Origin: Nitrospirota bacterium
GTDB taxonomy: Bacteria > Nitrospirota > UBA9217
DNA: 64,000 nucleotides
NCBI GenBank assembly: GCA_963845065.1
Contig: CAWJQQ010000009.1
Coordinates: 512,001 to 576,000 of the forward strand
Reading direction: 5' to 3'
The position numbers were made by a program, and so were the translations under genes. Position 1 is the first letter of the stretch. Each line of letters begins with the position of its first letter. Shown piece by piece: positions 1 to 10,389 of this stretch. The notes under the pieces were generated by a model. It worked only from the letters and a program-made list of their open reading frames with translations. It did not search any database and was not told the DNA's origin.

Positions 1-54
1 GCAAGTGTAGCAGGTTTTTTTGTATGACTGTTTAATCAGCGAGGGAAAAAAATT

Positions 55-90
55 AATAAGGCACCTGAGAAAGGTGCCTTATTTTTTTTT
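55..90 (+). terminator. Rho-independent terminator of a gene upstream of the window
   Basis: AATAAGGCACC-TGAGAAA-GGTGCCTTATT hairpin followed by a T run. Confidence 0.85.
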
Positions 91-94
91 GAGC

Positions 95-238
95 ACTGCC
101 TGTAGGTAGGCAATCAGTGGCATCCCGAAAGACCGCCGATGCATGGATTGCATGTCAACTCGTTGCATTTTATTCCAGATGTTGCTTTAAGAAAATAGAC
201 CAGGAACCCCACATGCTTTAGCGATAGGAGTACGTGAA
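95..238 (+). mobile_element. Degenerate IS200/IS605 right-end (omegaRNA-like) remnant
   Basis: CAGGAACCCCACATGCTTTAGCGATAGGAGTACGTGAA (201-238) resembles tnpB right-end hairpins; the core CCCACATGCTTTAGC recurs on the minus strand at about 56376-56396. Confidence 0.45.
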
Positions 239-246
239 AGCTCCAG

Positions 247-911
247 GATAAACCGGCATAGGGCAGAGGGTGAAAGTCCCTTACAGGAAGGGACGAGCTG
301 AACCATCATGGTTCCGAGTCATGCGCGGGCGGTCGTGAGAGCGCGCGTGAAGCGTTGACAGGGGAAGCGTAGGCCAGCCATTGTGCTCCGAAATCGCCAG
401 TCCGGGGTGTGCCAACCGCGTTCAGCTGTTGGGAAGGCACTTCGGGCAACGGCGTTAACCTGCCAGTCGTTGTCTGGCCCCGCGGAGTCACAGAGATCCT
501 GTGCATGCGTGGACACTCTATGCTCGAGAACCGGGATAGCTCAGAGGCATTCGTTGCGGAAGTTAGCATCGGATCGGTGGGGGAAGACCTGTGGTCGTAA
601 TCTTTACCTGCATGCTGTTTTGCAGTCTGACATCGATGTAGTACCGAAGACGGAGTCGAACAAAGTGGCGTGGTGTCATGAAGTGAAGGAGGTTCTTGAG
701 GAAAGGCTGGTGATCAAGGGGTAGGCTGGCAAGTCGTCGGTAACATGTACTCAGTGACAGGGATAAACTTTGGACTAACTTCACAGAATACGCGAGATTG
801 TGGTTGTATCAGTCGGTTTTGCGGCATCACCCGACGTATGAGCCGTGTTATGTAGTTTCTCGTGCACTGATCTGTGCGGGGGCGTCCGGTAACGGACGTT
901 CCTACCGTGAT
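247..911 (+). ncRNA. ORF-less or degenerate group II intron (bacterial class E/F-like)
   Basis: Domain I-type motifs GGGTGAAAGTCCC, GAGTCATGCG and GAAGCGTTGACAGGGG; domain V GAGCCGTG...GATCT (840-873) with the AGC triad; domain VI GGGGCGTCCGGTAACGGACGTTCCTACCGTGAT; no RT ORF; 5' boundary approximate. Confidence 0.8.
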
Positions 912-1007
912 CAGAGATTGGGGAGTCACTTCATGGATTGCAATGAGAAGAAATCGATAGCACATACCACCAATGTCAACACGGATGTTCTGAAACCGTA
1001 TATTTTC

Positions 1008-1035
1008 TTGACATCATAAGGTTTTTTTGTATAAT
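1008..1035 (+). promoter_or_regulatory. Sigma70-type promoter of glyQS
   Basis: TTGACA-16 nt-TATAAT about 50 nt upstream of glyQ. Confidence 0.65.
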
Positions 1036-1084
1036 AGCAGTCTATTTTCCTATCATTCTCGGTTTTCCCAGGCAGGAGCAATCA

Positions 1085-1957
1085 TTGACATTCCAGGAAC
1101 TTGTACTTACGCTTCAGACATTCTGGGCATCGAAGGGTTGCGTCATCCACCAGCCATACGACACCGAAGTTGGCGCAGGGACATTCCATCCGGCAACGTT
1201 TCTGCGCGTACTCGGGCCTGAACCATGGAAGACTGCCTACGTGCAACCTTCGCGCAGGCCTACGGATGGACGCTACGGCGAGAACCCCAACCGTTTGCAG
1301 CATTACTATCAGTTTCAGGTAATCTTAAAACCTCATCCGGAAAATGTGCAGGAGATATACCTAGAGAGTCTCGTGAAACTGGGCATCAATCTTTTGAAAC
1401 ATGACATCCGTTTTGTTGAAGACGACTGGGAATCGCCCACACTCGGCGCTTGGGGCCTCGGCTGGGAGGTCTGGTTGGACGGGATGGAAGTCACCCAGTT
1501 CACTTACTTCCAGCAGGTAGGTGGCATCGACCTCAAGCCTATTTCCGCCGAGCTCACCTATGGTATTGAACGCCTTGCCATGTATCTTCAGGGTGTTAAC
1601 AACGTTTATGACCTCGAATGGACCAAGGGCATCAAGTACGGCGACATTCATTTCGATACTGAAGTGCAGTTCTCGAAGTACAACTTCGAACTTTCAAACC
1701 GGGAAATGCTGTTCAGACAGTTCGAGTCATATGAACAAGAAAGCGAGAAGCTAGTCAAAGTCGGCGTGGTGCTGCCTGCTTATGACTACTGTCTTAAGTG
1801 TTCTCACACCTTTAACCTGCTTGATGCCGCAGGGGCAATCAGTGTGACCGAGCGAACAGGGTACATCGCGCGGGTTAGAAAACTTGCGCGACTCTGTGCA
1901 CATGCCTATCTTACCGACCGGGAGGCGAAAGGTTTTCCGATGCTGAAGAAACAGTAG
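1085..1957 (+). CDS. glyQ: Glycine--tRNA ligase alpha subunit
   Basis: [59 protein letters not shown] start after GGAG. Confidence 0.98.
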   Translation: MTFQELVLTLQTFWASKGCVIHQPYDTEVGAGTFHPATFLRVLGPEPWKTAYVQPSRRPTDGRYGENPNRLQHYYQFQVILKPHPENVQEIYLESLVKLGINLLKHDIRFVEDDWESPTLGAWGLGWEVWLDGMEVTQFTYFQQVGGIDLKPISAELTYGIERLAMYLQGVNNVYDLEWTKGIKYGDIHFDTEVQFSKYNFELSNREMLFRQFESYEQESEKLVKVGVVLPAYDYCLKCSHTFNLLDAAGAISVTERTGYIARVRKLARLCAHAYLTDREAKGFPMLKKQ

Positions 1958-2110
1958 AAAGCTGACGGTGGGCAGGGCAAGGAATAAAATAAAACAGTTT
2001 ATCAGGGTGAGCGGACTGAAAAAATCTGAATTGACAATCACGCTTATCTAATAGTCTTGTCCAGGCCTTAAGTCCTTTATTGGGTTCATTTGTAGTAAAA
2101 GGAGCAATTT

Positions 2111-4201
2111 TTGTCCAAAGAATTTCTCTTAGAAATCGGGACCGAAGAGATCCCCTCGCGTTTCATCAATCCGGCGCTTGACAAAATGAAAGAGCTCTTT
2201 TCGGGGCTGCTTATAAGCGGCCGCGTTGCAATCGAAAACGGCGTCATTCAGGTTTATGGAACACCGCGTCGGCTCGTCCTTTATGTGCCCCAGTTGGCTG
2301 AGCGTCAGAAGGATGTTTCGAAGGAGGTAGTCGGCCCGCCGAAAAAAATTGCTTTCGATGCGGAAGGAAAACCGACCAAGGCTGCTCTGGTCTTTTCCGA
2401 AAAGAACAGTGTGCCGGTCGACGCGTTAACTAGTAAAACGACTGACAAGGGCGAATACGTTGTAGCACGAGTGGACGAAAAGGGTGGCGACACCGGTGAC
2501 TGGCTGAAACAGGTGATGCCGGGGTTCATCCTCTCTATTCCGTTTCAGAAAACGATGCGCTGGATGGACAAGGATATCCGGTTTGTGCGGCCCATACACT
2601 GGATCGTCGCGCTCTGGGGCGGTGCTGTTGTCGAGTTTGCCTTGAACGGAATCAAGAGCGGCAACCTATCCAGGGGCCATCGGTTCATGAGCCCCGGAGC
2701 ATTCATGGTAAAGGATTTCAAGTCATATATCCTGCAGGCTGAGCTGAACTACCTTGTTTTAGACCCAGAAGTTCGCAAACAATGGATTATCAAACAGACC
2801 GAGGAACTAGCCAAATCAAAAAATGGAACCGTGCTTGACGATCCCGGTTTGGTCGAAGAAGTGGCAAATCTTGTTGAATATCCGGTTGCTGTCATGGGGA
2901 CCTTTAACAAGGAATATCTTCGAGTTCCCAAAGAAGTATTAATTACGGCCATGCGCGAACATCAGCGCTACTTCAGCGTTGTGGGACAGAGCGGCAATCT
3001 GCTGCCATGCTTCATCACGATCAGCAACACCAGGGCAGAGGACATGGATATCGTCCGAGCGGGAAATGAGCGCGTGCTTGCTGCGCGATTGTCCGATGCT
3101 GCATATTTTTTTGACCATGACGTGAAACAACCGCTGGGTGACCGCATCGAGGCTCTAAAGAAGGTCACCTATCAGGAAAAGCTCGGAACGGTTTATGACA
3201 AGGCCCTGCGGGTGAAGCACCTGGCAGTGTATCTGTCCAGCATTACTCATGCAGATGCGCCAAGCGTCGCCCGTGCCGCTGAACTGTGCAAGATTGATCT
3301 TCTTACTGGCGTTGTGGGTGAGTTCCCCAAACTACAAGGAGTGATGGGCAGATATTATGCACTTAACTCCGGCGAGGACCCTCGCGTTGCCGACGCAATC
3401 CTCGAACACTACCTGCCTCGCTATGCAGGCGATAAGCTTCCGGATTCTCTGGAAGGTATGTGCTTGGGCATAGCCGACCGTATCGATTCTATTACGGGAT
3501 GTTTTTCCGTCGGGTTCGTTCCAAGCGGTTCCGAGGACCCCTATGGCCTCAGGAGGCAATCTGTCGCCATCTTGAATATGCTGATGGAGCGGGGTCTTCG
3601 ACTGTCGCTTGCGGACTTGATCGCCGAGGCATGCAAGGCATACGGTCTCAAGAAGCAGGCAAAAGAAAAAGTTGAAGGCGAGATACTTGACTTTTTCCGT
3701 CAGCGGTTGGCGGGCATGCTTGCAGCCGAAGGACTCCGGTCCGACGTTGTGGATGCCGCGCTTTCTGTGGGGTTCAAGGATCCTCTTATTGCGAGGGAAA
3801 AGGTGCGCGCCCTTGACGCGCTTCGAACGTCAGAGGACTACCAGCCGCTTGTAACGGCTCTCAAGCGTGCCGGAAATATTCTGCCGAAGGAGTTCACGGG
3901 AAAGGTTAAAAAAAATTTACTCAAACTGGATGCAGAGAAAGCCCTTTATGCATCTTATTCGGACATCAAGGACAGCATTCTGGAAAAGGCGGCAAGGCTC
4001 GATTTCCGCGGCGCCCTAGCAGACATAGCGTCGCTTAGGAAAGACGTTGATGCTTTCTTCGACACGGTAATGGTCATGGACAAGGATGCTGAAGTAAAGG
4101 CGAACCGCTTGGCGCTCCTTGCCGGCATTACTGGCCTGTTTTCTCAGATTGCGGATTTCTCGCGGCTTGTATTGAATAGCGAGAGTGAACTGAAAAACTA
4201 A
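2111..4201 (+). CDS. glyS: Glycine--tRNA ligase beta subunit
   Basis: FLLEIGTEEIP, GTPRRL, FVRPIHWI, GNERVLAARLSDA, PSGSEDPYGLRR; follows glyQ. Confidence 0.97.
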   Translation: MSKEFLLEIGTEEIPSRFINPALDKMKELFSGLLISGRVAIENGVIQVYGTPRRLVLYVPQLAERQKDVSKEVVGPPKKIAFDAEGKPTKAALVFSEKNSVPVDALTSKTTDKGEYVVARVDEKGGDTGDWLKQVMPGFILSIPFQKTMRWMDKDIRFVRPIHWIVALWGGAVVEFALNGIKSGNLSRGHRFMSPGAFMVKDFKSYILQAELNYLVLDPEVRKQWIIKQTEELAKSKNGTVLDDPGLVEEVANLVEYPVAVMGTFNKEYLRVPKEVLITAMREHQRYFSVVGQSGNLLPCFITISNTRAEDMDIVRAGNERVLAARLSDAAYFFDHDVKQPLGDRIEALKKVTYQEKLGTVYDKALRVKHLAVYLSSITHADAPSVARAAELCKIDLLTGVVGEFPKLQGVMGRYYALNSGEDPRVADAILEHYLPRYAGDKLPDSLEGMCLGIADRIDSITGCFSVGFVPSGSEDPYGLRRQSVAILNMLMERGLRLSLADLIAEACKAYGLKKQAKEKVEGEILDFFRQRLAGMLAAEGLRSDVVDAALSVGFKDPLIAREKVRALDALRTSEDYQPLVTALKRAGNILPKEFTGKVKKNLLKLDAEKALYASYSDIKDSILEKAARLDFRGALADIASLRKDVDAFFDTVMVMDKDAEVKANRLALLAGITGLFSQIADFSRLVLNSESELKN

Positions 4202-4305
4202 AATGGAGAGACAAAGAAACGGAGCCCGAGGGGAGTTGATCTTTCCGATTTGATTCTGCTCCAGTTAATAAGTTTCCTTTTCAATAAAATAGGGAGGAAG
4301 GTCAC

Positions 4306-6990
4306 ATGACGACGGGGAAAAAATATATTTATTTTTTTGGCAGCGGTAAGGCAGACGGAACAGGGACGATGAAGGACCTGCTCGGCGGCAAAGGCGCAGG
4401 CCTTGCTGAAATGACGAACGCTGGCGTGCCGGTGCCGCCTGGATTCACTATCACCACGGAGGTCTGTAACCTTTTTTATGAACTGGGGAAACGCGTACCG
4501 GACGGTCTTGATAGCGAAGTGCGTGAGTACATGAGCAAGATGGAGGGCGCGCTGGGCGGCAAGTTCAAATTCGGTGAGGTCGAACGACCGCTGCTCGTGT
4601 CTGTGCGGTCAGGTTCCAAGTTCTCCATGCCAGGCATGATGGATACAGTCCTGAACCTCGGGTTGAACGACCAAACGATCCACGGTCTAATCCGCATGTC
4701 CGGCAACGAGCGATTCGCCTGGGATGCCTATCGCCGGTTCATCCAGATGTTCGGCAACGTTGTTATGGACATCAGCAAGGAAATTTTTGAACATATCATC
4801 CATGAAATGAAGAAGAAAAAGAAGATCAGCCTCGATATCGAACTGACCGCAGAAGACCTGAATATCCTCGCTCAGAAATTCAAGGCCAAGGTCAAGCAGG
4901 TCGCGAAGCGCGAGTTTCCGCAGGACGTCTGGGAACAACTCATCATGGCACGTGATGCCGTCTTCGGCTCCTGGAACAACCCCCGCGCAATCACTTACCG
5001 TAAATTGAACGATATTCCCGCAAATCTTGGCACTGCCGTGACGGTACAGGCCATGGTATTCGGGAATATGGGTGAAACTTCAGCAACGGGCGTCGGCTTC
5101 ACCCGGAACCCTTCTACGGGTGCCAAGGAATTCTATGGTGAGTATCTGACGAATGCACAAGGCGAGGACGTTGTGGCCGGTGTCCGTACTCCGCACCCAA
5201 TCACCGACCTTGAAAGGGAAATGCGGCAGGTTTACAATCAACTTCGTGAGATTACGACCAAGCTTGAGAAGCACTACCGCGATGTTCAGGATTTCGAGTT
5301 CACGGTTCAGGAAGGCACGCTCTTTATGCTCCAAACTCGCACAGGCAAACGTACGGCGCAAGCCGCGGTTACTATTGCTGTTGACATGGTTTCGGAAGGC
5401 CTGATCTCAAAGGAAGAAGCTCTGCTGCGCGTCGAGCCTGCTTCTATTGATCAGCTCCTCCATCCCATTATCGATCCCAAGGCGAAGATCAATGTCATTG
5501 CCAAAGGCCTTCCGGCATCCCCTGGAGCTGCATCAGGCAAGGTAGTGTTTACTGCCGACGAAGCGGTGAAACAGGCAAAGAAGGGAAATGTGATCCTCGT
5601 TAGGCCTGAGACGACACCCGACGACATTCACGGCATGGACGCAGCTAAAGGTATCTTGACAGCGCGCGGAGGCATGACCTCCCACGCGGCCGTGGTCGCT
5701 CGCGGTATGGGTAAACCATGCGTGGCGGGCTGCGAATCCATCAATGTGGACCTCAAAGCACAGAAATTCACAGTGGGCAAATATGCCGTGAAATTGGGTG
5801 ACAGCATTACAATAGACGGTGGCACAGGCCGCGTGATCATCGGCAAGGTGCCGACTAAGGACCCCGAAGTGAGCGGCGATTTTGGCACGCTGATGAAGTG
5901 GGCGGACGAAATTCGCACCATGGGTGTCCGCGCGAACGCAGACATTCCCCGTGACGCCAAGATGGCTCGACAGTTTGGCGCAGAAGGCATTGGTCTTTGT
6001 CGGACCGAGCACATGTTTTTTGCCGAGGAGCGATTGCCGATCGTACAGCAGATGATCCTTGCCGACAACACCGAGATGCGAGAGAAAGCTCTAGCCAAAT
6101 TGCTCCCCATGCAACGAGCGGATTTTAAGGGCCTCTTCGAGAGCATGGCGGGATTTCCTGTAACGATCCGTCTTCTCGATCCTCCGCTCCATGAGTTCCT
6201 GCCGAAGCGTGAAGATCTCATGGTCGAGTTGGCGGTGATGCAGGTTAAGAAGGCACCCAAGGCTTCTATTTCAAAAAAAGCAAAGCTTCTGCGTCGAGTG
6301 GAGGAACTTCACGAATTGAACCCGATGCTCGGTCACCGCGGGTGCAGGCTCGGCATCGTCTATCCTGAGATCACGCAGATGCAGACTAAGGCCATCATCG
6401 AGGCTGCCTGCGAACTTGCCAAGAAGGGTAAAAAAGTCATACCGGAGATCATGGTCCCACTCGTTGGGATTAAAAAAGAGCTCCAGAACCAGAAGGAGCT
6501 CATCAAGAAAACAGCCGATGAAGTGATGCAGAAAAAGGGCATTAAGATCGACTATATGATCGGAACGATGATTGAGTTGCCTCGTGCGGCTTTGATCGCC
6601 GACGAAATCGCGCAGGAGGCGGAGTTCTTCTCATTCGGCACTAATGACCTGACCCAGACCACCTTCGGGTTCAGCCGCGACGACGCGGGAAAATTCATCG
6701 GCTACTATACCGAGCACAACATCCTCGCGAAAGACCCGTTCCAGACGCTTGATCAGGACGGTGTAGGCATGCTCGTGAAGATGGGTGTGGCAAAAGGCCG
6801 CGGCACTAGGCCGAACCTTAAGGTTGGCATCTGCGGTGAGCACGGAGGGGACCCGGCGAGCGTGGAATTCTGCTATCGCACAGGTCTGAATTACGTGAGC
6901 TGCTCACCCTACCGCGTACCGATTGCTCGGCTTGCCGCTGCACAGGCGAGGCTTAAGGAAAAAGGGGTAGGAGGTTCCGTATCGAAGTAA
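4306..6990 (+). CDS. ppdK: Pyruvate, phosphate dikinase
   Basis: LLGGKGAGLAEM, GGMTSHAAVVARG (phospho-His), GIGLCRTEHMF, FSFGTNDLTQ, GICGEHGG. Confidence 0.98.
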   Translation: MTTGKKYIYFFGSGKADGTGTMKDLLGGKGAGLAEMTNAGVPVPPGFTITTEVCNLFYELGKRVPDGLDSEVREYMSKMEGALGGKFKFGEVERPLLVSVRSGSKFSMPGMMDTVLNLGLNDQTIHGLIRMSGNERFAWDAYRRFIQMFGNVVMDISKEIFEHIIHEMKKKKKISLDIELTAEDLNILAQKFKAKVKQVAKREFPQDVWEQLIMARDAVFGSWNNPRAITYRKLNDIPANLGTAVTVQAMVFGNMGETSATGVGFTRNPSTGAKEFYGEYLTNAQGEDVVAGVRTPHPITDLEREMRQVYNQLREITTKLEKHYRDVQDFEFTVQEGTLFMLQTRTGKRTAQAAVTIAVDMVSEGLISKEEALLRVEPASIDQLLHPIIDPKAKINVIAKGLPASPGAASGKVVFTADEAVKQAKKGNVILVRPETTPDDIHGMDAAKGILTARGGMTSHAAVVARGMGKPCVAGCESINVDLKAQKFTVGKYAVKLGDSITIDGGTGRVIIGKVPTKDPEVSGDFGTLMKWADEIRTMGVRANADIPRDAKMARQFGAEGIGLCRTEHMFFAEERLPIVQQMILADNTEMREKALAKLLPMQRADFKGLFESMAGFPVTIRLLDPPLHEFLPKREDLMVELAVMQVKKAPKASISKKAKLLRRVEELHELNPMLGHRGCRLGIVYPEITQMQTKAIIEAACELAKKGKKVIPEIMVPLVGIKKELQNQKELIKKTADEVMQKKGIKIDYMIGTMIELPRAALIADEIAQEAEFFSFGTNDLTQTTFGFSRDDAGKFIGYYTEHNILAKDPFQTLDQDGVGMLVKMGVAKGRGTRPNLKVGICGEHGGDPASVEFCYRTGLNYVSCSPYRVPIARLAAAQARLKEKGVGGSVSK

Positions 6991-7012
6991 TCTATTGCAG
7001 GTGGCAAGAACG

Positions 7013-7038
7013 GGCGGCTAAAAAGGCCGCCTTTTTTT
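7013..7038 (+). terminator. Rho-independent terminator after ppdK
   Basis: GGCGGC-TAAAAAG-GCCGCC followed by T7. Confidence 0.8.
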
Positions 7039-7182
7039 GCGTGTAACGAAAAAAATACGAACAATGTATTATCTTATGAGAACGTAATACTTCTGTTCAG
7101 TAATGACAATGCACCGCAGGTGTTATACTGATATCAGAGAATAATTTCTCTGCGAAGTTGTACGAGGGGAGGTAGCATAAAA

Positions 7183-7506
7183 ATGAAACAATTCTCTTGC
7201 GAAACAATGGGGAAAAATTGCAATGTCGTTCTGACTGCTCCAACGGAAGAACGGCTTCTGGAAATGGTGTCCTTGCATCTTCGCGACGTACATAAAATGA
7301 CGTCGATCTCACAGGATATCGTAGGTAAAATTAAGCAACTATTCGTGAACCAAGCTGCACAGGACGCTGCCTTTGTCGTTGACCGTATTTTTGAAAAATA
7401 CAACTGCAATAAAGAGCCGGAATGTACCTGGCGATATATCGCTGAAGCAGAGATAATCCTCAAGGGCGATAAATCAGCCCACAAGAAGGAACTGAAGGCC
7501 GCATAG
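7183..7506 (+). CDS. DUF1059-type small metal-binding protein with C-terminal extension
   Basis: MKQFSC-x6-C...H-x4-H pattern; GGAGG RBS. Confidence 0.75.
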   Translation: MKQFSCETMGKNCNVVLTAPTEERLLEMVSLHLRDVHKMTSISQDIVGKIKQLFVNQAAQDAAFVVDRIFEKYNCNKEPECTWRYIAEAEIILKGDKSAHKKELKAA

Positions 7507-7582
7507 TATAAGTTGACGACCAGAGTGGCGGTACAGGAATGCCTCCGAATAATAGGGAGGCATTCTATGTGTGAACGTTTAT

Positions 7583-7702
7583 CACCCTTGCCAGAAAATC
7601 CTAGTTCTTTAAAACGGGGGATGAAGACTGGCGGGGACGAAGCCGAGGTTGAATCGCGTTTGCTTGACCAGGAACCACGGGTTTTAGCCCGTGCGTAGTT
7701 CA
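7583..7702 (+). mobile_element. Miniature IS200/IS605 derivative (left and right ends, no ORF)
   Basis: TTTAT target-like motif at 7578-7582, left-end-like GAAAATCC...GGGGGATGAA, right-end-like CAGGAACCACGGGTTTTAGCCCGTGCGTAGTTCA. Confidence 0.55.
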
Positions 7703-8000
7703 ACTTCATGATCTTTTCGTGCCTTGATAGCACATCCGGGGAATCATAGCAGGTATTTTAATTGTACTGAAAGATACATGATCTAAAAACCTATGCGCAC
7801 GACAAAAGTACCTCGTTCATTATCAATAAACACGATTATACGCTTTTAAAGCTTGATTTCCTCGTACGAAATTACAGAAGATCGGAAAAATTGACCAGGT
7901 CGCGAGTATCGGGCGGGTGACATGAAAAGAAGTTCAAAGGATCGTTCGAGAATAAGAAAAACGTTCACGGGAAGATTTCAATAATCTGAAAAACGCCTTA

Positions 8001-9107
8001 ATGATGTTACTCGATTCTCTAGATAAAAAATACATGCGCATGGCTCTTAACCTGGCGCAAAAGGCGAAAGGACGCACAAGCCCGAATCCCATGGTCGGCG
8101 CTGTGGTCGTGAAGAGCGGCAAGGTGATAAGTACGGGCTTCCATCGCAGGGCAGGTGAATCCCATGCTGAGGCCATTGCGCTTAAGAAAGCCGGACCGTT
8201 TGCACGGGGAGCGACACTCTATGTGACGCTCGAACCATGTTCACATACGAACAAGCGTACCCCACCTTGCGCGCCGCTCGTGATGCAGAGCGGCATAAAA
8301 CGGGTTGTCGTAGCCATGATCGATCCGAATCCGCATGTATCCGGAGGCGGCATCAAAGTGCTTCGAAAAGCGGGTATTAGCGTCGTGACTGGAGTCCTGG
8401 AACAAGAGGCACTGAAACTGAACGAGACGTTCGTCAAATTCATCACGAAAGGCCTGCCTTTCGTGACGCTCAAGATTGCACAGACCCTAGACGGCAAGAT
8501 CGCCACCGCATCGGGAGAATCGCAATGGATTACAGGGGAAAAGGCGCGTGAGGAGGGGCACTGCCTGCGTGACACCAATGATGCGATCCTCGTAGGTATC
8601 AACACCATATTGAAAGATAATCCGTCGTTGACTACGAGGATTTCGAGTGGCCGCGACCCTGTCCGGGTGATTCTCGATAGCAGACTGCGCATCCCCCGTG
8701 TAGCGAAGGTCCTTACACAGAAATCAACGTCAAAAACCATTATAGCCACACTTGCAACTGCACCGAGGACGAAGATCATGAAACTTCGTGATGCCGGTGC
8801 AGACGTACTTCTGGTAAAATCTGAGCTGGGCCGCGTGGATCTGCGGGACCTTATGATGAAGCTCGCGAAAAGGGGAATTATGTCTGTGCTCGTTGAAGGT
8901 GGTGCAGAAGTTTATGCTTCGGCAATCAGGGCTGGCATCACAGACAAAGTCGTTTTGTTCATCGCGCCGATGCTCATGACCGGCGCAGATTCACTTTGTG
9001 CTATCGGGGGAATGTCTCCGAAGCGGCTCGACGAGGCCATCCTACTCAAGGACCTTACTACACATTTTGTAGGAGAAGACTTGATGATCGAGGGATATAT
9101 TCGCTGA
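8001..9107 (+). CDS. ribD: Bifunctional riboflavin biosynthesis deaminase/reductase RibD
   Basis: TSPNPMVGAV, HAE, YVTLEPC-x9-C, KIAQTLDG, VEGG. Confidence 0.96.
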   Translation: MMLLDSLDKKYMRMALNLAQKAKGRTSPNPMVGAVVVKSGKVISTGFHRRAGESHAEAIALKKAGPFARGATLYVTLEPCSHTNKRTPPCAPLVMQSGIKRVVVAMIDPNPHVSGGGIKVLRKAGISVVTGVLEQEALKLNETFVKFITKGLPFVTLKIAQTLDGKIATASGESQWITGEKAREEGHCLRDTNDAILVGINTILKDNPSLTTRISSGRDPVRVILDSRLRIPRVAKVLTQKSTSKTIIATLATAPRTKIMKLRDAGADVLLVKSELGRVDLRDLMMKLAKRGIMSVLVEGGAEVYASAIRAGITDKVVLFIAPMLMTGADSLCAIGGMSPKRLDEAILLKDLTTHFVGEDLMIEGYIR

Positions 9108-9119
9108 CCTGTTCAGAGA

Positions 9120-9527
9120 TTATAGGCTGTGAACAAGATAGAACACGAGAAAAACGCCGATGGAAAGTATGGACAGAAAGAGCATTACGCTTAAAACAAC
9201 CGACGGATGGTAGGTGTCGTCCTCAATTTGACGCTCTACTGCTTTGTAACGAATGAAAGCAAGCACTCCCATCGCCACACCCAGGCCAACAAGGACTATC
9301 CCGATAACTGACGAGTAGCCTGGAGGCGGGGGGGAAGACTCTTTTCCCAGATAATAAGCCATCTGTTTCACGAAGAGAGAAAATTTTTCTACAACGAACC
9401 CGAAAGCCATGATGGCGACACTTGTCCGAATCCAGGCGAGAAAGGTTCGCTCATTCGCCATATGTACTCGCCGCTTGCGTCGGCCCTTGGATACTATTTC
9501 AGCCGGGGCTTCTGGTATCATACCCAT
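9120..9527 (-). CDS. YidH/DUF202 family membrane protein
   Basis: HMANERTFLAWIRT motif and three TM segments. Confidence 0.88.
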   Translation of the reverse strand: MGMIPEAPAEIVSKGRRKRRVHMANERTFLAWIRTSVAIMAFGFVVEKFSLFVKQMAYYLGKESSPPPPGYSSVIGIVLVGLGVAMGVLAFIRYKAVERQIEDDTYHPSVVLSVMLFLSILSIGVFLVFYLVHSL

Positions 9528-9543
9528 CAGTCCTTTCTATCAC

Positions 9544-10131
9544 TCAACCCTGAATAAACATAAATATTCCGCTTCTGATCATCTTCACGGCAAATGCTGC
9601 CAAGATCAATGCTGCAACTTTGGCAAAAGCCCGAGAGCCGCTGATCCCGATGAGTCTGATGATCCGCTCCGACTGAGCAAAGATCAGCCATGCCAACAGC
9701 AGGTTCACAATAAGAGCAAGAATAACGGGGATATAACCGTTCGTCCCGACAAGGACGAGGGCCGTTGTTAGCGTGCCTGGTCCGGCAATGATTGGTGTGC
9801 CAAGCGGCACCACGCCGAATTCAGGGCTCCGTTCCATTTGATGTTCGCCTGCGCGTAGCACGTCGGTAACGGCGATGATCAACAGGACGCCACCGCCGGC
9901 GATCATAAAATCTTCTACCATTATACCCAAAGCATTAAAAATTGCCTGTCCCAGAAGGATAAATCCTATGGTTACTAGAAACGCAGTAGCAATGGACTGG
10001 CGAATCATCTTCTTCCGTTCCGCGTGAGAGACTCCCTCGGTCATGCCTACATAAAGCGGCAGCGTTCCCGGCGCATCGAGTGCAACCATGAGGGGAATGA
10101 GCGTTACCAAAAAAGGCTTGAAAAAAACCAT
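9544..10131 (-). CDS. MarC family membrane protein
   Basis: IAGGGVLL, VPLGTPIIAGPG; six hydrophobic segments. Confidence 0.9.
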   Translation of the reverse strand: MVFFKPFLVTLIPLMVALDAPGTLPLYVGMTEGVSHAERKKMIRQSIATAFLVTIGFILLGQAIFNALGIMVEDFMIAGGGVLLIIAVTDVLRAGEHQMERSPEFGVVPLGTPIIAGPGTLTTALVLVGTNGYIPVILALIVNLLLAWLIFAQSERIIRLIGISGSRAFAKVAALILAAFAVKMIRSGIFMFIQG

Positions 10132-10389
10132 GCATACTCCCTGGCTATGAGACTAAACATCAGCACTAGCTATTCTGAGAAGAGTATAACCCAGTTTACT
10201 AGATGTGTCTAGCTCGGTGCGCTTTATGTAGGTGGGAGTGAGATGAGCGTGTCGATTTCATTTTTTGGGCTCATGGCGTACAATAAGTATTTCCTATATA
10301 ATATTAATAAGGAGATAGGCAATTGCAATTTGACTTGGCAGGTGACTCACGGTATTGTTAAACTACTCGTGTTGTGTGGAGGCAGGGAT

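Noticed and set aside
306..1019. Short ORFs over the intron region as a maturase
   Set aside because: No RT motifs such as YADD; they are incidental frames over structured RNA
7134..7733. 199-aa minus-strand ORF
   Set aside because: Antisense to the DUF1059 gene and a mini-IS, with no recognisable motifs
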